From Felis catus (taxonomy: Eukaryota), in assembly GCF_018350175.1 (NCBI RefSeq), contig NC_058368.1, positions 222,396,001 through 222,460,000 on the forward strand: a stretch of 64,000 bases of DNA, given 5' to 3'. Both the position numbers and the translations under genes were made by a program. The notes under the pieces are model-generated. The model had not been told where the DNA came from. It did no database searches and was given only the letters and a program-made list of their open reading frames with translations. Every line of letters begins with the position of its first letter. Positions within the stretch are counted from its first letter, which is position 1. Below, one piece after another: positions 24,975 to 38,900 of the stretch.

Positions 24975-25740
24975 GGGGTTACATAGCCCAACTAGCTGAG
25001 GTGCTCGCTGTGGGCAAAGGGAATACACAATGGGTAATGGAAGAAATACCAGCTATAACCACATGACCAGTCACAGAAATGAAGACTGTAACTGTCATGA
25101 GTAGTTCTTACCTATTTTATTATGAATATATCTGTGTGTATATATTAAGTAAATATCTTTGCTTTCTTCCCTTTCTTTTCTCCTTATCATGTAACATATG
25201 CCATATTCACTTTAGACGATAAAATTTAAGTGTTGTCAGTGTGGTTTTGATTGTATACAGGATAGTTGTAGCATGTTAGGTGAAGGATGACATGGTATGA
25301 CCTTATTATTGTCTTTATTTGGAGATTAAATATGATTGAGGAAGATGCATATACATAACAACTGGGCAAGGGATGGGCTTAATGGTAGTTAATGTTAAGT
25401 GGCAACTTGGCTGGGCCATGGTGCCCAGATATATGGTCAAACATTATTCTGAAACTGTTACTTGAAACTGTTTTTGGAAGAGGTTAAGATTTAAATTAGC
25501 GAACTCAAGTAAAGTAGATGGCCCTCCATGATGTGGGTAGGCCTCATCCAATCAGTTGAGCGCCTGAACAGAACAAAAATAACCTCCACCTAGCAGGAAG
25601 GAATTCTGCAACAGTGAGCGTTCAAATAAGAATTGTAATATCAGCTCTCCTAGGTCTCCACTCTGCTAGTCACCTTGAAGATTTTGAACTTGCTCGCCTC
25701 CAAAATCACGTGCTTCAAACCCTTAGATACCTCCCTATTT
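24975..25740 (+). mobile_element. ERVL internal 3' end, polypurine tract and 3' MLT2-type LTR
   Basis: gctgaggtgctcgctgtgggcaaagggaatacac...accagctataaccacatgaccag (ERVL pol end); purine tract 25364-25379; LTR start at ~25380 (caacttggctgggccatggtgcccagat). Confidence 0.8.
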
Positions 25741-26799
25741 AGCAATCTAGTAATTATGTCAGTAAACCTTGAAAGCAAGTTTTTATGGGCTGAGCCGATC
25801 CAGAATGTACAATCTCCAGTGTATGATTTATTTATTTGAAACAATGGCTATAACCAGGTAGTGATTTTTTAAGACCATTAAATAGCCTTTCTTCATTGTG
25901 ATTTTAAAAGGTCATGAGACCTGCACATCCATTAGCCACAGTCCACTTTTGACCCCAATTTCCTGAGAGGAAAAACTTGGGAAAGAACTGATTCACATAC
26001 CTAGTTCCATTGATTTCTCAAGTCTGAAAAATAATTTTTATGCATGGGATATGTGCAAGCCATAATTATGGAAAAAAAATCTCCAAATCTGTAAAATTAG
26101 TGTGTAGGTACATATAATACACCTTCAAGGAAAATTATCACATTTATCCACTGATGATAAGCATGCGGGTGAATCAGCAGTGCCCTTTTTTATGATGCCA
26201 AAAATTCAAAACATAAACTATGTAGGCATTTATTAAAGATAAGAAGAAAGGAGAAGATAAAAGAAGAGAAACATAAATCTTTACCTATCTAGTATAACTG
26301 CTTTAAAGCTAGTACCTAAAATAACTTTGAAAAGTAACTAGAGCGTTCAAACAGGCTCATACCTCTATCCATCTGATAGCTAGAAAACGGCGCTCCTATC
26401 AAGTCCACAGGGCTCTTTCAGGATATTTCCCAAGGCAATACCCCAAGTGCACTACAGACTAAGCCCTGTGCATTAGATTCCTTCAGTCCAGCTTCAGCAT
26501 GCCTCTTCTTGTATTGAACCTCTTCACTCCCATCATATACTAAAAATAAATTGTCGTCTGTGATCTGGTAGGAACAAGTATGTGTGATTTGACCGTTCCT
26601 CGGAGACATCTTAGACTTGACAGACAGAAATGCTATTTCCCCTTCTCACAACGAAGTCTGGATACATTTTGTTTTCAAATTTTATTTTTTAAAGAAGTCC
26701 TGAAGGATAAGTGTGTTCTTGCTCTTTTCTTCCTGGAAATAACTGCATCTAGGCGGGGAATAACACAGTCTTCTTGACTATACAAACCACAAGTTTCCA

Positions 26800-27445
26800 A
26801 AATTGAGGACGTTTTCTAAATTTTCTTGGTCTCTCCTTAGCACTTGGCCTTCTATGCATTCCCATATCTTAGGATGTCTCTCTGTGCTCTTGTCCTTCCC
26901 CGTCTGTAGTGCTTTCTAGGCTGGGGATGGTGGGCGGTATGCTTGTTCTCTGCTCCATGGGTACAGCTTCACTCTAGGTAGACTGTGTCTCTGTGTCTCA
27001 AAAGGGGAAATTTGTCCATGATTTTCCCCATCCTCAAGTGATAGATCTCTAAGTGACCTAGCCACAATGATTTTTCTCCCTTCTTCTAAGACATAAAGAA
27101 GGGCTTTTTTTCCCCTTCCTTCCTTGTACATGTAGTAAGTCTTCATTGCCATTTGAGGAGCTGCAGTATTCAGGTTTTCCCCCCTTAGGTTCTAAATATT
27201 ACGGGTTGTTTTTTTTTTTCAGTTTTTTGTGCTTCTTTCTTTTTCCAGTTATCAGTGTGCCCCACATGTCTTACAAATGTTTGCATACCCTTGGATTTCA
27301 GGTATCTTTGTTGCCTTTCAAACTCAACCCTAAAAGTTTCAAGGAAAGCCAGTATATTGTAAATCACCCCAAATTTTCTTGCTAACAGAATAAGAGTGAT
27401 GTTTTGTGATGCTTTTTCCAGTCTTCTACTTCCTAGGGGGACACA
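26800..27445 (-). mobile_element. Probable old L1M 5'UTR relic
   Basis: Minus strand gagtttgaaaggcaacaaagatacctgaaatccaagg resembles L1M 5' regions. Confidence 0.4.
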
Positions 27446-27687
27446 GGAGTCTTTATATTTTAAATGCATCTCCTGATAAAGTCAATAGTCTTGCTATTGT
27501 TATTTGTTTTGTTGTTCTCTTGCCTCATGTTTTAATTTTTTTTTTGTTTCTCCTTTTCTGTCTTACTTTTATTATACAAATATTTAATATGCCATTTTAA
27601 TTCCATTGACTTTTATCAGTATTTGCGTTAATTTTGTAGTTGGTCTAGGAATTACAACATGCATCCTTATATTATTACAATTCAATT

Positions 27688-27895
27688 TTTTTTAAGTTTA
27701 TTTATTTTTGAAACAGAGAGAGACAGAGCATGAACGGGGGTGGGTCAGAGAGAGAGGGAGACACAGAATCGGAAGCAGGCTCCAGGCTCTGAGCTGTTAG
27801 CCCAGAGCCCGACGCGGGGCTCGAACTCATAGACCGTGAGATCGTCACCTGAGCTGAAGTCAGACACTTAACCGACTGAGCCACCCAGGCGCCCC
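27688..27895 (-). mobile_element. Can-SINE
   Basis: Consensus-like body. Confidence 0.94.
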
Positions 27896-28135
27896 TCAAT
27901 TGGTTTTAATATTGAACTGCTTTTGGTTAAATATAAGAATGTTGCAGAAATAGATTTCAACTAGAACCCTCTCTCTGCGCTATTTATATTGCGTATATAT
28001 TGCATCTATGTATGATACAAACATACAGTATTATAATTTTTGCTTTACATTATCATGACCTTTACACAATTTAACAGTATTGTATGTTTGTAATAAATAG
28101 ATTTTTATGTAACATATAGATCAAAGTTATATAAT

Positions 28136-28174
<39 letters not shown>

Positions 28175-28371
28175 CTATCATGTATTTACCATGTCTACTC
28201 TTATTCATGCATTCTTACATATCAAATTTAGCATCTGGTATAAATTGCCTTTGGCCTAAACCATTTTACCTATTTTTAAAGTGTAGTTTCATAAAAATAA
28301 ATTATGAAAATGTCATCATTTCAATTTCTCTTTTCAAGGATAGAGTCACAGTAGATAGTAACCTTTGTTGT

Positions 28372-28600
28372 GGGGCTCCCGTGGGGCTCAGTCTGTTCAG
28401 CTCCCACTCTTGATTTCAGCTCAGATCATGATCTCATGATTTATGAGATTGAGCCCTGAGTCCAGCTCTGCGCTGGCAGTGTGGAGCCTGCTTTGGATTC
28501 TCCTTCCCTCTCTCTGTCTCTCTTCTGCTCCCCTGCTCATGCTCTCTCTTTCAAAATAAATAAATAAACTTATTTTTTTTCAAGAAAAAATTAAAAGAAA
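28372..28600 (+). mobile_element. Can-SINE (older)
   Basis: SINE head, CT tract, aaataaataaa tail. Confidence 0.88.
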
Positions 28601-29198
28601 TTTTTTTTCTTGGAAGTGATTCTTATTTCAGCATTTTAAATACAAAGTTTTCTGGCCTCCTCCATTTCTGAAGGGAAGTAAACTATTACTCTGTTCTTTT
28701 TTGATTCGTGTAAATAATGTGTCATTTCTGATTCAGTGAGATTCCTCTTTACTTGCTAAGTTCTGTGCTTCTCTCAACACCACCACTTGCCTCCTCAAAT
28801 TGGTAACACTGCTCTTTCTTGCCATCTTGAGTTGTGGCATTACAAGAACTATCAACCTGAAATTCTACCGAGATATAGTAGCACTCTTTTATGAGTAAAA
28901 TATTCTCATTTCTGTCTACTTTGGCCTTTCCATGTGCTTGCAGATATTGTTCTTAATATTCTTGCCCAGTGTTTTATATATATTTTTTGAAGGAGAAATT
29001 GCACAATGTATCTTACCACCATTAGTGGAATGTCCTAAACTTGATTATATTTTAATTTGGTTCTTTTTCTTGTCTCCTTAAGCATTAGATAATGACGATA
29101 AACAAAACCCAGAGAAGTTTTCTCAGAGAATAATAGATTCCTATGAATTAGAGTCATATCAAAATTTTTGATAAATTAGGTATGGAGAAATGCACTTG

Positions 29199-29553
29199 CA
29201 TTTATCAGGATTCTCCAGAGAAACAGAACCATCCAAATGGACCAAATATATAAATGCGTAGGATGTGTATTTGCTTATATGATTACAGACATAAGCAAGT
29301 CCAGAGCTACCCAGTAAGCAAGCAGGCCCAAGACCCAAGAGAGCCAATGGTACAGATGAAGATTGATGGCAGTCCGCTGGAATTCTCTCTTGCTCAAGGA
29401 GACGAGGCTTTTTGTTTTATTCAGGCCTACAACTAGTTAGACTAAGTCCACTGACATTATGAGGGGCAATCTTCTTACCTAAAGTTCACCAACTTAAATG
29501 GTAATTTCATCAAAAAATACCCTCCAAGTAAATGCATAAAACTAACCATTATA
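29199..29553 (-). mobile_element. MLT2-type (ERVL) LTR
   Basis: caggattctccagagaaacagaacc...cataaaactaaccattata. Confidence 0.78.
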
Positions 29554-30470
29554 GTGTCTTGATATATAGAATCTATTTCATCTATGATTAATTATTATAA
29601 CTGGGAGAAAGAGGAAATTAAGAAGCAAGAGAATTGGCCATTTCTGTTGCAAGAAAGTTTTACTCTTCCATTCTACTATGATAATGGTCTCTACTTTGTT
29701 CACATACAGCCCACGATCTTTAGCTTACAAATCTGTAAACATTCGTTACCTCAACATGAAAGTATTTAGAAATTTCAAAGGGCTCATAAAGTTTTATGAG
29801 TCGTATAGGTAGCATTTAGCAACTCACCCTCTAGTGAAGGAGTGACTTGAGTAATTAAATAGGTATGTATCATTTGCCAGTTACTTTAAGAATGAAGATT
29901 TGCAAAACAGAGAATTTAAATTGGTATAATTTGATGTTTTCTTGAAAATGAATATGTCGAAAGTTTCTGGAATAGAATCTCAAAGACAAAACCCCAAATC
30001 AGAACTATTTGTTTTTGAGATTATTTCCAAGGATGAAATAAATCTTTCCAAGGATAAGATATTGATAACTTATAGTATTTGACAAATAAAATATTCAATT
30101 AGTGTTGAGTTAACTTATTAAAGTCAAGAATCTCAAATTCAATTTTTTTTTCTAAATGTGTTTAAATTGTTTTAGACTATTAAGTTATTTCTGGGCAATA
30201 AATTTTAGCCATTAGTAGTTTCTAATCTGTTAAAGAAACAGTCACTAATTGAACTAGGAATAGTTTAGAATGAATATAATAATAAACTCCCTTATAATCC
30301 TATGTGAAATATATATCGAATATATATAAGTTGGAAACATATTTTATATGTAATATAAAATAAATATAAAATAAAATACATAAATTTTATATGTAATATA
30401 AAATAAAATATTACATATAAAATATGTTAGGAAGAATAGTGAATTGCATATTTAAGAATTAGCTAAGTGA

Positions 30471-30655
30471 GGGGTGCCTGGGTGGCTCCATCGGTTGAGC
30501 GACCGACTTCAGCTCGGGTCATGATCTCGTAGTTCATGAGTTAGAGCCCCATATTGCTGCTGTCAGCACAGACCCTGCTTCAGATCCTCTGTCTCTTTCT
30601 GTCTCTGCCCTGTCCTTCTTACTCTCTGTCTCAAAGATAAATAGATGTTAAAAAC
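30471..30655 (+). mobile_element. Can-SINE
   Basis: gaattagctaag on both flanks. Confidence 0.92.
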
Positions 30656-32264
30656 AATGAATTAGCTAAGCAAATACACACACGTTCTAGACATAGATCA
30701 TTCTGGGATCATTAGAAATGCTATTCTCTTGGTTCTGACCTATGTAAATAATTGTTTCATTTTGAACAATGGAATTTGAACATTTAGAAACAAAATAAAT
30801 ACATTTTTTTCTCTCAATCTGAAATTTTTCACAGGGCATTAAACACATATTGCTATATATTAGTTTATCTGCTGTTGAAGTTGTTACAAGTGTCTATGGA
30901 GGTAAACCACCTTATCCTGAATGATTCTCCCACACACTCGTTCAGCTTTCTTGTTCTCAGTACCTTCAAGGGAAACAATTTTGCATCTCATCCTTTAGGC
31001 TCTTATTGGACGAGAGAAAATCGACAGTGATGGTCATGATTCTAACATCTTTAAATGTCAATTCAATGAAATCAACAGGAGATGATAGATTAGGCATAAC
31101 TAGCAATGGAGAACGATGGTGACAGAACATTCTTTAGATCAGTTCTGAGGAGGCAGGTGGGGAGAACTGCTAATGGAATGACAAGAGAAAAGTAGCTGTG
31201 GGAAATAGCACCCAGGAAGGAGCTGGGGAAATTCTGCCCATACGAGCCTTCGCAGGGAGAGAGGAAGAAGAACATGGGCCTACACTGTCTTTCGCATCAA
31301 GTCTACTGAAAGAAAGAAGGCAAAGGCATATAGATGACGTGGTTAATTGAGGTCAGCCTCTAGGACTGACTGCAGGGCTAGGGGAAGAAATGCAATGATA
31401 GATACCCTGGACAGTCATTGCATTTGTAAGGTTTTGTGAAACATTGTATGATACCATTTTATTCTCTTGTTGGAAATGTGTAAGTTACCTCTTCCTAAAA
31501 GTCTAGCAGAACTTTTTAGCACCAAGCTGGCAAATCGTTACATTTTATTAATCATATTTTTTAAGATGAAAAGGAAGATTATTAACAAATCAAGATCCAA
31601 AATCCCCTTGATGTGTGAACAGAGTTATGAAAGTTATTTTTGGAGGCAAACTCACAATCATTCCAGAAGTATTCTAAGTTTATGGAAGTCTAAAGAAAGT
31701 CATTTAATTATATTATTTATAACTTTAAAATATTTTCTAACAATGTATATGTTAAATTTGGATGCTCTGTAAGAAACAACATATATACATACAAACAAAC
31801 TCTTCTGCAATTATATTTTTTGTTTGTTTTGAAGGATACAATAGCAAAACAGTGCAATATTAATCAAAAACCAGAATACAGTTTCAGAGTCTGTAACTTT
31901 CCCTTTGAAACATAAGGTATGATATTTATTGAGACACAATTATAATATAAAGAATGAGAACATTTGAAGGTAAACCCAAGGGATATAGCAAAGAAAGGTC
32001 TCATTTGCATAAACAGAGTTGTACTGGGGAATGATACAGCAGAATGAGTTGCAATAAACAGGATTCAAAAGTACTGTGACAAAATGACTAATCAGACAGG
32101 TTTGCTAAAATGAAGAAATAAAAGTGGTCGCACAGGGTCTAGTTATAGAAAAAATAGATATGCCACTTATGGCTCTCATTTTTTGTATTCATACTTTATT
32201 CATACTTTTCCAACTTCCTGACATCCCTTTCTCCCTTTCTTTCCACTTTCTTTTATTGTATGTA

Positions 32265-32307
<43 letters not shown>

Positions 32308-32318
32308 CTGTGAATGTG

Positions 32319-32693
32319 TGTATCATAGGATGAATGTCTGTATTCCCCCCAAATTTAAATGCTGAACCCCTACCCCCCCAGGGTGACAGTATGAGGTGGC
32401 GATCCTATCAGATGTGACTAGAATTGGTCGAGGTCATGAGGCTCTGCCCCCATCAACGGGAATAGTGTCCTGATAAAAGTCACTAGAGAGCTTGCTGCTC
32501 TTTGTTCTCTGCCATGTGAAGATGAAACCAGGAGTCAGTAGTCTGCAACTTGGAAGAAAACTCTCACCAGAACCCTGCTGGCCCCCCTGATTTTGAACTT
32601 CCAGCTTTCAAAACTGTGAGAAATAAGTTCCTGTTATTTATAAGACCCTCAGTCTATGCTATTTTGTGATAGCAGCCCAAACAGACTAAAGTA
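32319..32693 (+). mobile_element. MaLR solo LTR (MLT1A/MST-like)
   Basis: ctctgccatgtgaagat; cttccagctttcaaaactgtgagaaataa; gatagcagcccaaacagactaa. Confidence 0.82.
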
Positions 32694-33056
32694 GCATATA
32701 TAATACATTTACAACTGAAACCAATATATACAGGGATAGAGTATTTACCAATATCTAGTTATTTCTTTATTTCTTAATCATGTACTTCCAGACTTTTGTC
32801 TACCTAGCACTGACCATGTAATTGAAAACACATTTTAATCAGCCAAAATGACAGTGTCATTGACATCTTGCCACAGAAATTAATTTAGATCGACACAGAA
32901 AGATACGGTTTTTTACTAACTGATTTCAAGAAGAGATTGTATATATTAAAAAAGGTATTTGTGACTGAAAACAATAAAATGATAAGATCTTTTAAATTTA
33001 AATAAGATTTTGAAAATGGGAAAAATAGTAAGAAATAAAATGAAAAAGCATGTCAT

Positions 33057-33276
33057 GGGACACCTGGGTGGCTCGGATGGTTAAGTGTTTGACTCCTGAT
33101 TTCAGCTCATGTCATGATCTCACAGTTCATGGGTTCAATCCTCACGTGCTGAGTGTGGAACCTGCTTGGGATCCTCTCTCTTCCTCTTTCTCTGCCCCTC
33201 TCCCACTCATAAGTGTGCTCGCTCGCTCTCTCTCAAAAATAAATCAACTCAAAAAAAAAAAAAAAAGAAAAAGAAA
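33057..33276 (+). mobile_element. Can-SINE (older)
   Basis: gggacacctgggtggctc head, A tail. Confidence 0.9.
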
Positions 33277-33502
33277 CATGTTGTAGAGCAGGGACAGTAA
33301 GGATGAGCACCAAACTCATCTTCCATACACTGAGTGTTGAAAGAGTGTTTCCACATTGTAAAGTCAGTGGATTTTAAAGTAGAGCCCTACATCCCACCAA
33401 ACCACAAATGCACACGTGGAATAGAGACAAAATACCATCGTAAGATTTGCAAACATTAGACAATATATCTCTAAGAATTTGTTTTAGGCAGGTTAATTGG
33501 GA

Positions 33503-33897
33503 TGTCTTAGTCTGAGCTGCTGTATAAAAAATACCATAATCTGGTGTCTTACAAATAACAAACATTTGATTCTCACAGTATTGGAGGAAATCTGAGATCA
33601 AGGCACTGGCAGGTCTGGTTTCTGATGAGAAACAAGTTCCTTACTGACAGTAGCTTTTCTTACTGGAACTTTACTTGGTAGACAGGGTGAGGATATGCGT
33701 GGGGTGTCTTATATAAGGACACTAATCCTGTTGTGAGGGCCCTACCGTCATAATCTAATCACCCGCCAGAGGCCCCTTCTCGTCATCTCTTATTAACATC
33801 ACCAGGAGGGCTTGGATTTCAGCGTGTAAATGTCAGGGACAGGCAAATCTGGGGAGACATATAAATCTCGGCGGGCATAAACATTCAGTCCATTGCA
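33503..33897 (-). mobile_element. MaLR solo LTR (MLT1A-like)
   Basis: tgtcttagtctgagctgctgtataaaaaataccata...acattcagtccattgca. Confidence 0.8.
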
Positions 33898-35789
33898 AAT
33901 GGATTGTAGCAGAATGAATTAGTAAATCAAGAAGCAGGAACATATGAGGACCAGGGGTGGAGGGAACACATTCAAATGACCTGAAAATTTTATAGAGAAG
34001 AGTCCAAATTGCCAAAATCCATATAGGAAGACGTTTCTGAGTGGCCTGGAACGTCAGGGGAGAACGCTGGCTTTAACTATCTCTGATGGAAGACAACTTC
34101 AGAAGGAGCACATCCAAAGCAAGGTCGGAGGTCAGGATGCTAATCTGGTGCTATCTAGCACAAATTACCTGTAAAAACTTAAAGGCGTGTTTACCTTTAA
34201 CTGTCACAGTCAGAAGGACTGGACCATAATCAACCAGGACATCCCTCAGACGCTCCAGAGAGAGTGCAAGCAGGTGCAGGGAGCAGACAGCGTGCCCATG
34301 CTTATGGCAAGCAGAGGAGTTCAAACACCACCAAGTTGTCTTCACGTGTGCACAGAGTGTAGTCCAGGATGAAGAGGTGATGTTTACAGACTAACATGAG
34401 AAAACCAGTACTGAGAAGTTAAATTGCATTCACCGATTGACGGAGGGAATTTATTCTCTGACCGAGGCACTGTTCTCCCCACCCTGAAGAAGCTCCTAAT
34501 AGAAGAGTTTTAAAAACCGCCTAGAAATTCGATTTCAGTGTCGACCGTGTGACAAAATAGCTAAGCCGTGTTAGAGTTCATGGCGCTCGGTGTTATTCTA
34601 CGTATTTTTATTTTTAATTTAAAGCAATTGCATTATAGATACAACAGCAAAAGTCAGTGCTACCTTTGAACCTGTCAGTAGACAGGGACTGATGGAGCTT
34701 CCGTCTTGCTTCATACTGTACCTCTTTCGGGGAGTCCTTCAGTATGTGATATTACCCTGTAGCACCTCCTCCAGAAAGTTCAAAACTCACTGCGTATTTC
34801 TCTTTCTTTCCTTATACGGGTCCCCTGATTCTTGTCATGTTGACACAGGCTTATTTTTTTTTTTTTAAGTTAAAACTTCCATTACGCCGCCCTATTTTCT
34901 CCTGTCTTCTAACACCAAAGCTGCCAAATATGATTGGCAATGTTCATGAACATGATTCGTTCAAGTTTTCTAACCTCAGCTGGACCTTCATTGCTGCTCA
35001 ACAGTGCTTAATTAGTCCCTATCACATTTTCCGGAGCAGTGTTATTCTCTAGTTAAAACAAGTAATTCCCCATGTTCTCTTATGATTCAGGACGATCGAA
35101 AAGACTTTCCTGAACCTTAAGCTTTCTGCCGTCTCTTATTTTCCTTTCCCACTCCAGCAAAATAGGGAAAATGTTTTCCAATTAAAATCTATATAATTTG
35201 GGCCAATCCAAAAGTATCTTCTCTGGGAGCCCAGTCTATCAATTATTTTCTGGTTTTTTGAATACTTCTCATTATTTTTGCAGTAAGGGTCACAGGTGTA
35301 CTCAATTGCTATTAAATATAAAAAAATAGAGCCTATAATATTTTCCACTATTACAACTTCTGTTTTTCCGTCCAGTTTTTAATAAACAGCTAATGAGCCA
35401 ATTTGCCTAATTTATCTAGCCTTCTCTAATCCAATCCCACCCTAAAACTTTGTGAACTTAGGGTTAGTGTCTTGACACTCTTTCACCAAATCACTGATTT
35501 TTCTTTACCCATAATTGCTTATGACTATCATTTTTTTCAAATTCAAGGACCTTATTTTCTCACTTTTCATTCTCCTCAAACTCTTCTGAATATTTAATTG
35601 CAAGTATCTGTTTCTTCACATATCTTTTCAAAATATCAGCTTGCTTATTCTTCAATGCCTTTGTAAATTCAGATTTTTCATAAAAAAATCTCTTTACTAC
35701 ATTTATGGTTTTATCTGTGTTAATCATCTCTTGATATAGATTTAATGTTGTCAACTATTTACGGGACTCCTACTTTTATTCTTTAATCT

Positions 35790-37170
35790 ATACATCTGTT
35801 TGTTGAGCACATACTATCCTTTAGACACCGGTCCATGCAAAATAATTATAGAAGTAGACAAAGCAAAAGAAAAAACAAAAAACAAAAACAAAAACCAAAA
35901 CCAAAAAAAAAAAAACAAAACAAACAACAACAAAAAATAGTCTTTGCCTGAGCAGTTTACATTTTAGCCTGGCATGGTCCAAGATAATAATCACTGGCCA
36001 TAGGCCATACGTGGTTACTTAAATTGCAATTTAAGATAAGAAAGTTAAATAAAATTAAAGCCCATTTTCTTAGTAACTCTATCCACATTTCATGTTATCC
36101 AAATCCATATGAGGTAGCAGCTACCAAATTGCAAAGCACAGATATAGAGTATTTCCATCATGCAGAGAGTTCCTTTAGAGAGTGCTGCTGCACTCAGAGG
36201 GGACAGAGAAATGGATAAAGTAGTAAAAAGATAAACTGTACATCTCATGGTATACTATCTTGGGGAAAATAATCATGCCAAAGTTATAGAAAGTATGGGA
36301 GTGAGGCATAATCTTTTTTATAATGGTGTTCAGGGAGAATTTTGTTAAGAACATATCTGTGCAGGGACATAAAAATGAGAGAGCGAGCTTTGTGGCTACG
36401 ATGGGTTAAGGGTATTCCAAGAAGAGAGAGAAGAAAACGTACAGGTTCCAAGCATGAGAATGCTTAGTTTATACCAAAAAAAGCATGAAGGACTGCGTGT
36501 CTGAAGAACAAAGATGGGAGAAATAAGGAAGGGATTTTGTAGCAATAGCAACAGAGAGGAGTGGTCAGATGCAGAATATATTCTGAGGGAATAGCCAACA
36601 ACAAGGGCTGATGAATCGGATGGGAAGTGTGCGTCATGACTTCAAGAACAAGAAGGGGGAAGGTGGTGGACTCACGAGTTTAACAAAGACAGATAAGCAG
36701 GTTCTTACTGGGAGACTCCAAACAAGAGATGGGTTGGGGTCATGTTGATTTTGAGAGACCTGTTTGATATTCAAGCAAAGAAGTCAAAGAGTGTTAAAAA
36801 GATACTTTGTTAGAGTACAGGATTGAGATACAAATGTCGGACTTGCTAGCCTAGAGACATTGCCTCATGAAGCCATTCGGTAGAAAAGATCACCCAGGGA
36901 GTTAGTAAAAAATTGGAGGTATCCAAGTACTGAGCCCTGGCTCTCTATAAAATTTTGACAAGAAATCAGAAAAGGATTACAACCCCCTTGGATAAATTCA
37001 GGAGAGTGTTTCCTAAAACCGGATGGAGAAAAGATTGTGAGAAGGACTGATAACTCATACTAAATGCTGCAAACAGTTCCAGGCAAAATGACATCAGCAA
37101 ACTGATCATTGCACTTAGCAATGTGGAGTTCATTGAGAACAAATATGCTGAATGAGCTTGAGGATACAAT
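35790..37170 (-). mobile_element. L2 relic interrupted by a MER3-like element
   Basis: tttgttgagcacatactat; ttttgagagacctgtttgatattcaagc; cttagcaatgtggagttcattg. Confidence 0.6.
35969..36189. mobile_element. MER3/MER33-like hAT DNA transposon relic
   Basis: gcagctaccaaattgcaaagcacagatatagagtatttccatcatgcagagagttcc. Confidence 0.7.
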
Positions 37171-37429
37171 TTGAATCAGTTAGCATATCGGTGAGGAAAT
37201 ACCTCCTCCCTATGAACCATTTCATCATTTACTCCCAGTCACCAAAGATTGCCCTTGACGTTTGTTTTTATTTACCATAAGCCTCTCCAATTTCTAGGTA
37301 AAAACATCTACCCGTGGCAATAGATCCTATCTCTTCAAAACTATTGTATCGGTTCCTTATTTTTCTATTTCCGTCTCTTTGCCATCAGTGCATGTGAACT
37401 CTGCACGTCCACATGTACCTGTAAACACT

Positions 37430-38900
37430 GGCTCCATTTCCTTACCTGCCTCTTTTCCTTAACCCAGAACAATCTCTCTCCTATCCCATAACATGCGTGA
37501 AGTAGCATTTCTAACGTCTTCATTGATTTCTCCAACTGGAAAGCTGGTGGTCAATATCCTTTCACTTGCTGTCTCTGCATTTACTGCTCTTGTTGACTCT
37601 CGAAACAATTCTATGACATCACACTCTTGGCTCTCTCTTAACACTCATTTATCCTTTTCTGATCTCCTCGCAGCCTTTTCCCACTCTTCTAGGTCAGCAT
37701 TTTGGGGGACATTCCTACATTTTTATTGCTCCCTAGTAATACTCATTTACTGCTCTAACACCAGTATTTACCTGTGCAAAAAATCAAGCACTGACTTCTA
37801 TGTCTAATCCTTACTCACTCTTTGAGATTGCCAATCCTCATGTTTGCGTGGAGGTCTACTTCAGAGGAACCTCATAGCAACCTGAAGCTGAGTTTATGGG
37901 CTCCTCCTTTGAAGGATTTTACTCTTCAGTCTTACCCGGATTCTTTTTCACGATAAATATAACGATAATTCAACCAAAAAAAAAAATTAAAATCTGGTGC
38001 AAAGCATAGATTGGGATAACTGTTTCTCTAATTTTTAATTTTCCACTATGTACTTTCTGTTTTCAACCTTAAATATTTCTTAAATTAGTACACCTACATG
38101 TATCTCCAAACCACTAATTTGGTGCAATCATTCTCTCTCAACTGATCCACTGCAGTGACATTTTCATTTCCTTTCCTTCAAACATCTTGTCTCTTTCAAC
38201 TTTTCTTCACTCAGTAATGAGTGATATTTTTGTAATGTTTATTTATTTATTTTGAGAGAAAGAGAGAGAGTGCCAGCATGGAGAGAGGGAGAGAGAGGAG
38301 GAAGAGAGAATCCCAAGCAAGCAGGCTCCGCGCTAACGGACAGGGGCTCCATCCTATGAACTGTGAGATCATGACCTGAGCCAAAATCAAGAGTCAGCTG
38401 CTCAACTGACTGAGCCACGCAGGTACACCAGTGAGTGTTAAGGTTTTAAAATGAAGTTTTGATAATAAAACTTTCCCTCTTATTAATCACTTAAATAATT
38501 CCCTACTAGTTTTAGAATAATGAAGAAATGAAAGACCCTCCAGGATCTGGAAATGGCTTAGTTTTTCCACCTCTCCCAATCCTTTCCCCTCCTTTTCCCA
38601 CCTCCTTTCCCAACAGGACCACAATTATCTAGCTGTGATTCATCTGCACTGGGCCTTTTCCTGTTCTCCTCCTATTTCTATCCTTCTGAACTCTAATCTT
38701 TTTCTCTAGCCCATTATTTTTTGGTACACCAATGAAGTAGATTGTATATTATATATCTTCAAGTACCGTGCACCTCTCCGTCATAGCCTTCTGAGAATCA
38801 TGACTGTAGTTGCAGATACATTTGTGTAATTACACCATTCATTTCTGTTTACCTCCAAGACTGGATACTCCTGAGGCCTGGTGTCTCTTGTCATGTGAAG
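37430..38900 (+). mobile_element. L2 relic
   Basis: Pyrimidine-rich L2-like motifs (ctatgacatcacactcttggctctctct; aagactggatactcctgagg). Confidence 0.55.
38227..38429 (-). mobile_element. Can-SINE (older)
   Basis: gagatcatgacctgagccaaaatcaagagtcag. Confidence 0.9.

Larger units (their letters stand above)
27470..28735 (-). mobile_element. Old L1M ORF1-end / inter-ORF relic, split by two SINEs
   Basis: ttcagcattttaaatac...ttctggcctcctccatttctgaagggaagt (antisense ORF1 C-terminus). Confidence 0.55.

Noticed and set aside
26340..26800. Possible processed pseudogene or viral insert
   Set aside because: No recognisable translation in the frames I examined, and no poly(A) or TSD; left unassigned.
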